Source: Heterodontus francisci
Lineage: Eukaryota
DNA: 64,000 nt
Direction: 5' to 3'
NCBI RefSeq assembly: GCF_036365525.1
Contig: NC_090378.1
Span: 122,807,593-122,871,592 of the forward strand
Part shown: one piece after another, positions 41,401 to 57,183 of the stretch
Layout of the letters: the number at the start of each line of letters is the position of its first letter
Numbering within the stretch: position 1 is the stretch's first letter
Notes under the pieces: generated by a model
Told to the model about the DNA's origin: nothing
The model's database searches: none
The model's input: only the letters and a program-made list of their open reading frames with translations
Translations under genes and position numbers: made by a program

Positions 41401-44400
41401 ATCCCACAGTTATATATAATATATGTTCATGGACACACAGTCCCACCTCCCGCACTGACACATCCCACAGTTATATATAATATATAATAATGGACACACA
41501 GTCCCACCTCCTGCACTGACACATCCCACATTTATATATAATATATAATAATGGACACACAGTCCCACCTCCTGTACTGACACATCCCACAGTTATACTT
41601 AATATATAATAATGGACGCACAGTCCCACCTCCTCGACTGACACGTTCCACAGTTATATATAATATATAATAATGGACACACAGTCCCACCTCCTGTACT
41701 GACACATTCCACAGTTATATATAACATATAATAATGGACACACAGTCCCACCTCCCGCACTGACACATCCCACAGTTATATATAATATATAATAATGGAC
41801 ACACAGTCCCACCTCCTCGACTGACACTTTCCACAGTTATATATAATATATAATAAGGGACGCACAGTCCCACCTCCTCGACTGACACGTTCCACAGTTA
41901 TATATAATATATAATAATGGAGACAGTCCCACCTCCTTGATTTACACCTTCCACAGTTATATATAATATATAGTAATGGACACACAGTCCCACCTCCCGC
42001 ACTGACACATCCCACAGTTATATATAATATATAATAATGGACACACAGTCCCACCTCCTCGACTGACACGTTCCACAGTTATATATAATATATAATAATG
42101 GACAGACAGTCCCACCTCCCGCACTGACACATCCCACAGTTACATATAATATATAATAATGGACGCACAGTACCACCTCCTCGACTGACACGTTCCACAG
42201 TTATATATAATATATAATAATGGACGCACAGTCCCACCTCCTCGACTGACACGTTCCACAGTTATATATAATATATAATATTGGAAACACAGTCCCACCT
42301 CCCATTATGACACATCCGACAGTTATATATAATATATAATATTGGACACACAGCCCCACCTCCTGTCCTGACAGATCCCACTGTTATCTAGAATATATAA
42401 TAATGGGCTCACAGTCCCAAGTCCTGTACTGACACATCCCACAGTTATATATAATATATGTTCATGGACACACAGTCCCACCTCCCGCACTGACACATCC
42501 CACAGTTATATATAAGACATAATATTGGACACACAGTCCCACCTCCTGTACTGACACATCCGACAGTTATCCAGAATATATAATAATGGACACACAGTCC
42601 CACCTCCCGCACTGACACATCCGACAGTTATATATAATATATAATAATGGACACACAGTCCCACCTCCTGCACTGACACATCCCACAGTTATATATAATA
42701 TATAATAATGGACACACAGTCCCACCTCCTGTACTGACACATCCCACATTTATATATGATATATAATAATGGACACACAGTCCCACCTCCTGTACTGACA
42801 CATCCGACAGTTATCTAGAATACTAGAATATATAATAATGGACACACAGTCCCACCTCCCGCACTGACACATCCCACAGTTATATATAATATATAATAAT
42901 GGACACACAGTCCCACCTCCTCGACTGACACTTTCCACAGTTATATATAATATATAATAAGGGACGCACAGTCCCACCTCCTCGACTGACACGTTCCACA
43001 GTTATATATAATATATAATAATGGAGACAGTCCCACCTCCTTGATTTACACGTTCCACAGTTATATATAATATATAGTAATGGACACACAGTCCCACCTC
43101 CCGCACTGATACATCCCACAGTTATATATAATATCTAATAATGGACGCACAGTCCCACCTCCTCGACTGACACGTTCCACAGATATATATAATATATAAT
43201 ATTGGAAACACAGTCCCACCTCCCATTATGACACATCCGACAGTTATATATAATATATAATATTGGACACACAGCCCCACCTCCTGTCCTGACAGATCCC
43301 ACTGTTATCTAGAATATATAATAATGGGCTCACAGTCCCAAGTCCTGTACTGACACATCCCACAGTTATATATAATATATGTTCATGGACACACAGTCCC
43401 ACCTCCCGCACTGACACATCCCACAGTTATATATAAGACATAATATTGGACACACAGTCCCACCTCCTGTACTGACACATCCGACAGTTATCCAGAATAT
43501 ATAATAATGGACACACAGTCCCACCTCCCGCACTGACACATCCGACAGTTATATATAATATATAATAATGGACACACAGTCCCACCTCCTGCACTGACAC
43601 ATCCCACAGTTATATATAATATATAATAATGGACACACAGTCCCACCTCCTGTACTGACACATCCCACATTTATATATGATATATAATAATGGACACACA
43701 GTCCCACCTCCTGTACTGACACATCCGACAGTTATCTAGAATATATAATAATGGACACACAGTCCCACCTCCCGCACTGACACATCCGACAGTTATATAT
43801 AATATATAATAATGGACACACAGTCCCACCTCCTGTACTGACACATCCCACAGTTATATATAATATATAATAATGGACACACAGTCCCACCTCCCGCACT
43901 GACACATCCCACAGTTATATATAATATATCATAATGGACACACAGTCCCACCTCCTCGACTGACACTTTCCACAGTTATATATAATATATAGTAATGGAC
44001 GCATAGTCCCACCTCCCACACTGACACGTTCCGCAGTTATATATAATATATAATAATGGACACACAGTCCCACCTCCCGCACTGACACATCCCACAGTTA
44101 TATATAATATATAATATTGGACACACAGTCCCACCTCCTGCACTGACACATCCCACAATTATATATTATATATAATAATGGACTCACAGTCCCACCTCCT
44201 CTACTGACACAACCCACAGTTATACATAATATATAATATTGGACACACAGTCCCACCTCCTGCACTGACACATCCCACAGTTATATATAATATATAATAT
44301 TGGACACACAGTCCCACCTCCTGCACTGACACATCCCACAATTATATATTATATATAATAATGGACTCACAGTCCCACCTCCTCTACTGACACAACCCAC

Positions 44401-47400
44401 AGTTATATATAATATATAATAATGGACACACAGTCCCACCTCCCGCACTGACACATCCCACAGTTATATATAATAGATAATAATGGACACACAGTCCCAC
44501 CTCCTGCACTGAAACATCCCACATTTATATATTATATATAATAATGGACACAAAATCCCACCTCCCGCTCTGACACATCCCACAGTTATATATAATATAT
44601 AATAATCGACATACAGTCCCACCTCCTGTACTGACACATCCCACAGTTGTATATAATATATTATAATCGACACACAGTCCCACCTCCCGCACTGACCCAT
44701 CCCACAGTTATATATAATATATAATAATGGACACACAGTCCCACCTCCTGTCCTGACACATCCCTCAGTTATATATAATATATAATAATGGACACACAGG
44801 CCACCTCCTGTACTGACACATCCCACAGTTATATTTAATATATAATAATGGACACACAGTCCCACCTCCTGTACTGACACATCCCACAGTTATATCTAAT
44901 ATATAATAATGGACACACAGTCCCACCTCCTGGACTGACACGTCCCACAGTTATATATAAGACATAATATTGGACACACAGTCCCACCTCCTGTACTGAC
45001 ACATCCCACAGTTATATATAATATATAATAATGGACACACAGTCCCACCTCCCGCACTGACACATCCCACAGTTATATATAATATATAATAATGGACACA
45101 CAGTCCCACCTCCTCGACTGACACTTTCCACAGTTATATATAATATATAATAATGGACGCATAGTCCCACCTCCCACACTGACACGTTCCACAGTTATAT
45201 ATAATATATAATAATGGACACACAGTCCCACCTCCCGCACTGACACATCCCACAGTTATATATAATATATAATATTGGACACACAGTCCCACCTCCTGCA
45301 CTGACACATCCCACAATTATATATTATATATAATAATGGACACACAGTCCCACCTCCTGCACTGACACATCCCACATTTATATATTATATATAATAATGG
45401 ACACAAAATCCCACCTCCCGCTCTGACACATCCCACAGTTATATATAATATATAATAATCGACACACAGTCCCACCTCCTGTCCTGACACATCCCTCAGT
45501 TATATATAATATATAATAATGGACACACAGTCCCACCTCCCGCACTGACACATCCCACAGTTATATATAATATATAATAATGGACACACAGTCCCACCTC
45601 CCGCACTGACACATCCCACAGTTATATATAATAGATAATAATGGACACACAGTCCCACCTCCTGCACTGACACATCCCACATTTATATATTATATATAAT
45701 AATGGACACAAAATCCCACCTCCCGCTCTGACACATCCCACAGTTATATATAATATATAATAATCGACACACAGTCCCACCTCCTGTCCTGACACATCCC
45801 TCAGTTATATATAATATATAATAATGGACACACAGTCCCACCTCCTGCACTGACACATCCCACAGTTATATATAATATATAATAATGGACACACAGTCCC
45901 ACCCCCTGTACTGACACATCCCACTGTTATCTAGAAAATATAATAATGGGCTCACAGTCCCACGTCCTGTACTGACACATCCCACAGTTATATATAATAT
46001 ATGTTCATGGACACACAGTCCCACCTCCCGCACTGACACATCCCACAGTTATATATAATATATAATAATGGACACACAGTCCCACCTCCCGCACTGACAC
46101 ATCCCACAGTTATATATAATATATAATAATGGACACACAGTCCCACCTCCTGTACTGACACATCCCACAGTTATACTTAATATATAATAATGGACACACA
46201 GTCCCACCTCCTGTACTGACACATCCCACAGTTATATCTAATATATAATAATGGACACACAGTCCCACCTCCTGGACTGACACGTCCCACAGTTATATAT
46301 AAGACATAATATTGGACACACAGTCCCACCTCCCGCACTGACACATCACACAGTTATATATAATATATAATAATGGACACACAGTCCCACCTCCTGCACT
46401 GACACATCCCACATTTATATATAATATATAATAATGGACACACAGCCCCACCTCCTGTCCTGACAGATCCCACTGTTATCTAGAATATATAATAATGGGC
46501 TCACAGTCCCACGTCCTGTACTGACACATCCCACAGTTATATATAATATATGTTCATGGACACACAGTCCCACCTCCTGTACTGACACATCCCACAGTTA
46601 TACTTAATATATAATAATGGACACACAGTCCCACCTCCTGTACTGACACATCCCACAGTTATATATAATATATAATAATGGATACACAGTCCCACCTCCT
46701 GTACTGACACGTTCCACAGTTATATATAATATATAATAATGGATACACAGTCCCACCTCCTGTACTGACACATCCCACAGTTATATATAATATATAATAA
46801 TGGACACACAGTCCCACCTCCCGCACTGACACATCCCACAGTTATATATAATATATAATAATGGACACACAGTCCCACCTCCTCGACTGACACTTTCCAC
46901 AGTTATATATAATATATAATAAGGGACGCACAGTCCCACCTCCTCGACTGACACGTTCCACAGTTATATATAATATATAATAATGGAGACACAGTCCCAC
47001 CTCCTTGATTTACACGTTCCACAGTTATATATAATAAATAGTAATGGACACACAGTCCCACCTCCCGCACTGACACATCCCACAGTTATATATAATATAT
47101 AATAATGGACAGACAGTCCCACCTCCCGCACTGACACATCCCACAGTTATATATAATATATAATAATGGACACACAGTCCCACCTCCCGCACTGACACAT
47201 CCCACAATTATATATAGTATATAATAATGGACACACAGTCCCACCTCCCGCACTGACACATCCCACAGTTATATATAATATATAATAATGGACGCACAGT
47301 CCCACCTCCTCGACTGACACGTTCCACAGTTATATATAATATATGATAATGGACACACAGTCCCACCTCCTGTACTGACACATCCCACAGTTATATATAA

Positions 47401-50400
47401 TATATAATAATGGACACACAGTCCCACCTCCCGCACTGACACATCCCACTGTTATATATAATATATAACAATGGACACACAGTCCCACCTCCTCGACTGA
47501 CACTTTCCACAGTTATATATAATATATAATAAGGGACGCACAGTCCCACCTCCTCGACTGACACGTTCCACAGTTATATATAATATATAATAATGGAGAC
47601 ACAGTCCCACCTCCTTGATTTACACGTTCCACAGTTATATATAATATTTAGTAATGGACACACAGTCCCACCTCCCGCACTGACACATCCCACAGTTATA
47701 TATAATATATAATAAGGGACGCACAGTCCCACCTCCTCGACTGACACGTTCCACAGTTATATATAATATATAATAATGGAGACACAGTCCCACCTCCTTG
47801 ATTTACACGTTCCACAGTTATATATAATATATAGTAATGGACACACAGTCCCACCTCCCGCACTGACACATCCCACAGTTATATATAATATATAATAATG
47901 GACACACAGTCCCACCTCCTGCACTGACACATCCCACAGTTATATATAATATATAATAATGGACGCACCGTGCCACCTCCTCGACTGACACGTTCCACAG
48001 TTATATATAATATATAATAATGGACAGACAGTCCCACCTCCCGCACTGACACATCCCACAGTTATATATAATATATAATAATGGACGCACAGTACCACCT
48101 CCTCGACTGACACGTTCCACAGTTATATATAATATATAATAATGGACACACAGTCCCACCTCCCGCACTGACACATCCCACAGTTATATATAATATATAA
48201 TAATGGACGCACAGTCCCACCTCCTCGACTGACACGTTCCACAGTTATATATAATATATAATATTGGAAACACAGTCCCACCTCCCATTATGACACATCC
48301 CACAGTTATATATAATATATAATAATGGAAACACAGTCCCACCTCCCGCACTGAAACATCCCACAGTTATATATAATATATAATAATGGACACACTGTCC
48401 CACCACCTGCACTGACACATCCCACAGTTATATATAATATATAATAATGGACACACAGTCCCACCTCCCGCACTGACACATCCCACAGTTATAGAAAATA
48501 TATAATAATCGACACACAGTCCCACCTCCTGCACTGACACATCCCACAGTTATATATAATGATAATAATGGACACACAGTCCCACCTCCCGCACTGACAC
48601 ATCCCACAGTTATATATAGTATATAATAATGGACACACAGTCCCACCTCCCGCACTGACACATCCCACAGTTATATATAATATATAATAATGGACACACA
48701 GTCCCACCACCTGTACTGACACATCCGACAGTTATATATAATATATAATAATGGACACACAGTCCCACCTCCCGCACTGACACATCCCACAGTTATATAT
48801 AGTATATAATAATGGACACACAGTCCCACCTCCCGCACTGACACATCCCACAGTTATATATAGTATATAATAATGGACACACAGTCCCACCTCCCGCACT
48901 GACACATTTCACAGTTATATATAGTATATAATAATGGACACACAGTCCCACCTCCCGCACTGACACATCTCACAGTTATATATAGTATATAATAATGGAC
49001 ACACAGTCCCACCTCCCGCACTGACATCCCACAGTTATATATAATATATAATAATGGACGCACAGTCCCACCTACCCGACTGACATGTTCCACATTTATA
49101 TATAATATATAATAATGGACTCACAGCCCTCCTCCCGCACTGACACATCCCACAGTTATAGATAATATATAATAATGGACGCACAGTCCCACCTCCCGCA
49201 CTGACACATCCCACAGTTATATATAATATATAATAATGGACACACAGTCCCACCTCCCGCACTGACACATCCCACAGTTATATATATATATAATAATGGA
49301 TGCACAGTCCCACCTCCTCGACTGACACGTTCCACAGTTATATATAATATATAATAAGGGACGCACAGTCCCACCTCCTCGACTGACACGTTCCACAGTT
49401 ATATATAATATATAATTAGGGACGCACAGTCCCACCTCCTCGACTAACACGTTCCACAGTTATATATAATATATAATAAGGGACGCACAGTCCCACCTCC
49501 TCGACTGACACGTTCCACTGTTATATATAATATATAATATGGGACGCACAGTCCCACCTCCTCGACTGACACGTTCCACTGTTATATATAATATATAATA
49601 ATGGATGCACAGTCCCACCTTCCGCACTGACACATCCCACTGTTATATATAATATATAATAATGGACACACAGTCGCACCTCCTGCACTGACACATCCCA
49701 CAGTTATATATAATATATAATAATGGACACACAGTCCCACCTCCTGAACTGACACATCCCACAGTTATATATAATATATAATAATGGACGCACAGTCCCA
49801 CCTCCTGTACTGACACATCCCACTGTTATATCTAATATATAATAATGGACACACAGTCCCACCTCCTGGACTGACACGTCCCACAGTTATATATAAGACA
49901 TAATATTGGACACACAGTCCCACCTCCTGTACTGACACATCCGACAGTTATATATAATATATAATATTGGACACACAGTCCCACCTCCTGTACTGACACA
50001 TCCGACAGTTATATATAATATATAATATTGGACACACAGCCCCACCTCCTGTACTGACACATCCCACAGTTATATATAATATATGTTCATGGACACACAG
50101 TCCCACCTCCCGCACTGACACATCCCACAGTTATATATAAGACATAATATTGGACACACAGTCCCACCTCCTGTACTGACACATCCGACAGTTATCTAGA
50201 ATATATAATAATGGACACACAGTCCCACCTCCCGCACTGACACATCCGACAGTTGTATATAATATATAATAATGGACACACAGTCCCACTTCCCGCACTG
50301 ACACATCCCACAGTTATATATAATATATAATATTGGACGCACAGTCCCACCTCCTCGACTGACACGTTCCACAGTTATATATAATATATAATAATGGACA

Positions 50401-53400
50401 CACAGTCCCACCTCCTGTACTGACACATCCCACAGTTATATATAATATATAATAATGGACACACAGTCCCACCTCCCGCACTGACACATCCCACAGTTAT
50501 ATATAATATATAATAATGGACACACAGTCCCACCTCCTCGACTGACACTTTCCACAGTTACATATAATATATAATAATGGACGCACAGTCCCACCTCCTC
50601 GACTGACACGTTCCACAGTGATATATAATATATAATAATGGAGACACAGTCCCACCTCCTTGATTTACACGTTCCACAGTTATATATAATATATAGTAAT
50701 GGACACACAGTCCCACCTCCCGCACTGACACATCCCACAGTTATATATAATATATAATAATGGACGCACAGTACCACCTCCTCGACTGACACGTTCCACA
50801 GTTATATATAATATATAATAATGGACACACAGTCCCACCTCCCGCACTGACACATCCCACAGTTATATCTCATATATAATAATGGACGCACAGTCCCACC
50901 TGCTCGACTGACACGTTCCACAGTTATATATAAGATATAATATTGGAAACACAGTCCCACCTCCCATTATGACAAATCCCACAGTTATATATAATATATA
51001 ATAATGGAAACACAGTCCCACCTCCCGCACTGAAACATCCCACAGTTATATATAGTATATAATAATGGACACACAGTCCCACCTCCTGTACTGACACATC
51101 CCACAGTTATATATAATATATAATAATGGACACACAGTCCCACCACCTGCACTGACACATCCCACAGTTATATATAATATATAATAATGGAAACACAGTC
51201 CCACCTCCCGCACTGAAACATCCCACTGTTATATATAATATATAATAATGGACACACGGTCCCACCTCCTGTACTGACACATCCCACAGTTATATATAAT
51301 ATATAATAATCGACACACAGTCCCACCTCCTGCACTGACACATCCCACAGTTATATATAATATATAATAATCGACACACAGTCCCACCTCCTGCACTGAC
51401 ACATCCCACAGTTATATATAATATATAATAATGGAAACACAGTCCCGCCTCCCGCACTGACACATCCCACAGTTATATATAATATATAATAATGGAAACA
51501 CAGTCCCACCTCCCACACTGAAACATCCCACAGTTATATATAGTATATAATAATGGATACACTGTCCCACCTCCCGCACTGACACATCCCACAGTTATAT
51601 ATAATATATAATAATGGAAACACAGTCCCACCTCCCGCACTGAAACATCCCACAGTTATATATAATATATAATAATGGACACACAGTCCCACCTCCCGCA
51701 CTGACACATCCCACAGTTATATATAATATATAATAATGGACACACAGTCCCACCTCCCGCACTGACACATCCCACAGTTATATATAATATATAATAATGG
51801 ACACACAGTCCCACCTCCCGCACTGACATCCCACAGTTATATATAATATATAATAATGGACGCACAGTCCCACCTACCCGACTGACATGTTCCACATTTA
51901 TATATAATATATAATAATGGACTCACAGCCCACCTCCCGCACTGACACATCCCACAGTTATAGATAATATATAATAATGGACACACAGTCCCACCTCCCG
52001 CACTGACACATCCCACAGTTATATATAATATATAATAATGGATACACAGTCCCACCTCCCGCACTGACATCCCACAGTTATAGATAATATATAATAATGG
52101 ACACACAGTCCCACCTCCCGCACTGACACATCCCACAGTTATATATAATATATAATAATGGACGCACAGTCCCACCTACCCGACTGACATGTTCCACATT
52201 TATATATAATATATAATAATGGACTCACAGCCCACCTCCCGCACTGACACATTCCACAGTTATATATAATATATAATAATGAACACACAGTCCCACCTCC
52301 TCGACTGACACGTTCCACAGTTATATATAATATATAATAATGGACGCACAGTCCCACCTACCCGACTGACATGTTCCACATTTATATATAATATATAATA
52401 ATGGACTCACAGCCCACCTCCCGCACTGACACATCCCACAGTTATATATAATATATAATAATGGATGCACAGTCCCACCTCCTCGACTGACACGTTCCAC
52501 AGTTATATATAATATATAATAAGGGACGCACAGTCCCACCTCCTCGACTGACACGTTCCACAGTTATATATAATATATAATAAGGGACGCACAGTCCCAC
52601 CTCCTCGACTAACACGTTCCACAGTTATATATAATATATAATAAGGGACGCACAGTCCCACCTCCTCGACTGACACGTTCCACAGTTATATATAATATAT
52701 AATAATGGACACACAGTCCCACCTCCTCGACTAACACGTTCCACAGTTATAGATAATATATAATAAGGGACGCACAGTCCCACCTCCTCGACTGACACGT
52801 TCCACTGTTATATATAATATATAATATGGGACGCACAGTCCCACCTCCCGCACTGACACATCCCACAGTTATATATAATATATAATAATGGACACACAGT
52901 CCCACCTCCTGCACTGACACATCCCACAGTTATAGATAATGTATAATAATGGACACACAGTCCGACCTCCTGCACTGACACATCCCACAGTTATATATAA
53001 TATATAATAATGGACACACAGTCCCACCTTCTGCACTGACACATCCCACAGTTATATATAATATATAATAATGGACACACAGTCCCACCTCCTCGACTAA
53101 CACGTTCCACAGTTATAGATAATATATAATAAGGGACGCACAGTCCCACCTCCTCGACTGACACGTTCCACTGTTATATATAATATATAATATGGGACGC
53201 ACAGTCCCACCTCCCGCACTGACACATCCCACAGTTATATATAATATATAATAATGGACACACAGTCCCACCTCCTGCACTGACACATCCCACAGTTATA
53301 TATAATATATAATAATGGACACACAGTCCCACCTCCTGTACTGACACATCCCACAGTTATATATAATATATAATAATGGACACACAGTCCCACCTCCTGT

Positions 53401-56400
53401 ACTGACACATCCCACAGTTAGATATAATATATAATAATGGACACACAGTCCCACCTCCTGTACTGACACATCCCACAGTTATATATAATATATAATAATG
53501 GACACACAGTCCCACCTCCTGTACTGACACATCCCACAGTTATATATAATATATAATAATGGACACACAGTCCCACCTCCTGTACTGACACATCCCACAG
53601 TTAGATATAATATATAATAATGGACACACAGTCCCACCTCCTGCACTGAAACATCCCACTGTTATATATAATATATAATAATGGACACACGGTCCCACCT
53701 CCTGTACTGACACATCCCACAGTTATATATAATATATAATAATGGACACACAGTCCCACCACCTGCACTGACACATCCCACAGTTATATATAATATATAA
53801 TAATGGACACACAGTCCCACCTCCCGCACTGACACATTCCACAGTTATATATAATATATAATAATCGACACACAGTCCCACCTCCTGCACTGACACATCC
53901 CACAGTTATATATAATATATAATAATCGACACACAGTCCCACCTCCTGCACTGACACATCCCACAGTTATATATAATATATAATAATGGAAACACAGTCC
54001 CGCCTCCCGCACTGACACATCCCACAGTTATATATAATATATAATAATGGAAACACAGTCCCACCTCCCGCACTGTAACATCCCACAGTTATATATAGTA
54101 TATAATAATGGATACACTGTCCCACCTCCCGCACTGACACATCCCACAGTTATATATAATATATAATAATGGAAACACAGTCCCACCTCCCGCACTGAAA
54201 CATCCCACAGTTATATATAATATATAATAATGGACACACAGTCCCACCTCCCGCACTGACACATCCCACAGTTATATATAATATATAATAATGGACACAC
54301 AGTCCCACCTCCCGCACTGACACATCCCACAGTTATATATAATATATAATAATGGACACACAGTCCCACCTCCCGCACTGACATCCCACAGTTATATATA
54401 ATATATAATAATGGACGCACAGTCCCACCTACCCGACTGACATGTTCCACATTTATATATAATATATAATAATGGACTCACAGCCCACCTCCCGCACTGA
54501 CACATCCCACAGTTATAGATAATATATAATAATGGACACACAGTCCCACCTCCCGCACTGACACATCCCACAGTTATATATAATATATAATAATGGATAC
54601 ACAGTCCCACCTCCCGCACTGACATCCCACAGTTATAGATAATATATAATAATGGACACACAGTCCCACCTCCCGCACTGACACATCCCACAGTTATATA
54701 TAATATATAATAATGGACGCACAGTCCCACCTACCCGACTGACATGTTCCACATTTATATATAATATATAATAATGGACTCACAGCCCACCTCCCGCACT
54801 GACACATTCCACAGTTATATATAATATATAATAATGAACACACAGTCCCACCTCCTCGACTGACACGTTCCACAGTTATATATAATATATAATAATGGAC
54901 GCACAGTCCCACCTACCCGACTGACATGTTCCACATTTATATATAATATATAATAATGGACTCACAGCCCACCTCCCGCACTGACACATCCCACAGTTAT
55001 ATATAATATATAATAATGGATGCACAGTCCCACCTCCTCGACTGACACGTTCCACAGTTATATATAATATATAATAAGGGACGCACAGTCCCACCTCCTC
55101 GACTGACACGTTCCACAGTTATATATAATATATAATAAGGGACGCACAGTCCCACCTCCTCGACTAACACGTTCCACAGTTATATATAATATATAATAAG
55201 GGACGCACAGTCCCACCTCCTCGACTGACACGTTCCACAGTTATATATAATATATAATAATGGACACACAGTCCCACCTCCTCGACTAACACGTTCCACA
55301 GTTATAGATAATATATAATAAGGGACGCACAGTCCCACCTCCTCGACTGACACGTTCCACTGTTATATATAATATATAATATGGGACGCACAGTCCCACC
55401 TCCCGCACTGACACATCCCACAGTTATATATAATATATAATAATGGACACACAGTCCCACCTCCTGCACTGACACATCCCACAGTTATAGATAATGTATA
55501 ATAATGGACACACAGTCCGACCTCCTGCACTGACACATCCCACAGTTATATATAATATATAATAATGGACACACAGTCCCACCTTCTGCACTGACACATC
55601 CCACAGTTATATATAATATATAATAATGGACACACAGTCCCACCTCCTCGACTAACACGTTCCACAGTTATAGATAATATATAATAAGGGACGCACAGTC
55701 CCACCTCCTCGACTGACACGTTCCACTGTTATATATAATATATAATATGGGACGCACAGTCCCACCTCCCGCACTGACACATCCCACAGTTATATATAAT
55801 ATATAATAATGGACACACAGTCCCACCTCCTGCACTGACACATCCCACAGTTATATATAATATATAATAATGGACACACAGTCCCACCTCCTGTACTGAC
55901 ACATCCCACAGTTATATATAATATATAATAATGGACACACAGTCCCACCTCCTGTACTGACACATCCCACAGTTAGATATAATATATAATAATGGACACA
56001 CAGTCCCACCTCCTGTACTGACACAACCCACTGTTATATATAATATATAATAATGGACACACAGTCACACCTCCTGCACTGACACATCCCACAGTTATAT
56101 ATAATATATAATAATGGACACACAGTCCCACCTCCTCGACTAACACGTTCCACAGTTATAGATAATATATAATAAGGGACGCACAGTCCCACCTCCTCGA
56201 CTGACACATCCCACAGTTATAGATAATATATAATAATGGACACACAGTCCCACCTCCTCGACTAACACGTTCCACAGTTATAGATAATATATAATAAGGG
56301 ACGCACAGTCCCAATTTCTCTACTGACACATCCACCGTTATATATAATATATAATAATGGACACACAGTCCCAATTTCACTACTGACACGTCCACAGTTA

Positions 56401-56721
56401 TATATAATATATAATAATGGACACACAGTCCCACCTCCTGTACTGACACATCCACCGTTATATATAATATATAATAATGGACACACAGTCCCACCTCCTG
56501 TACTGACACATCCCACAGTTATATATAATATATAATAATGGACACACAGTCACACCTCCTGCACTGACACATCCCACAGTTATATATAATATATAATAAT
56601 GGACACACAGTCCCACCTCCTGTACTGACACATCCCACAGTTATATATAATATTTAATAATGGACACACAGTCCCACCTCCTGTACCGACACATCCCACA
56701 GTTATATTTATTATATAATAA
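8447..56721. repeat. 61-bp tandem satellite array, ~48.3 kb, ~790 copies, in the V-J interval
   Basis: Consensus GGACACACAGTCCCACCTCCTGTACTGACACATCCCACAGTTATATATAATATATAATAAT (61 nt), head-to-tail in one orientation throughout, with recurrent variants. Copy number is span divided by 61. Confidence 0.99.
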
Positions 56722-57183
56722 ACAGACGTTCTATTAAAACAGTTGCTTCAATCTCCTGTCTTATCTATCTGGGAAATATTTGCTGTTTTGTGCATTGCTG
56801 CCACATGTGTCGATGAGAGTGTTGACAGAAACATTCCCCTGAACGGTGTGAGGAATTGAGAAAGGATGGAGGAGTTTAGAGAGGACGAGGAGCTGCTGTC
56901 TTCATCAGTGAGAATCTCACAGCTCTGGAGATTTGACATTTTGCTTCATTCGATTCTCTCTGGGTTCTCGTGGAGTCGCTTCATGAGCACAGACTAATTA
57001 TTGATCATTATTATTGACCCCCCATCCCAGGTCAGACACCCCAGGTCAGTTACTATGGAAACAGGTTTCTTATCATCTGATTGGACAATCTGGATGACAC
57101 AATTTTCACCAATCAAAATCCAATTTAGAAAAGTGTCGAAATGAATAAAACTGAAATCATAAATAGAAAGCAAACTGAACAAA

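Noticed and set aside
8500-56520. Dozens of 60-140 aa Cys/Tyr/Ile-rich minus-strand ORFs ([19 protein letters not shown]...)
   Set aside because: They are translations of the 61-bp unit cycling through three frames (183-bp period). There is no splice or promoter context, and ORF length depends only on chance loss of the recurring stop.
8447-56721. CRISPR-like array
   Set aside because: No unique spacers, since units differ only by point variants. No cas genes, and the context is vertebrate.
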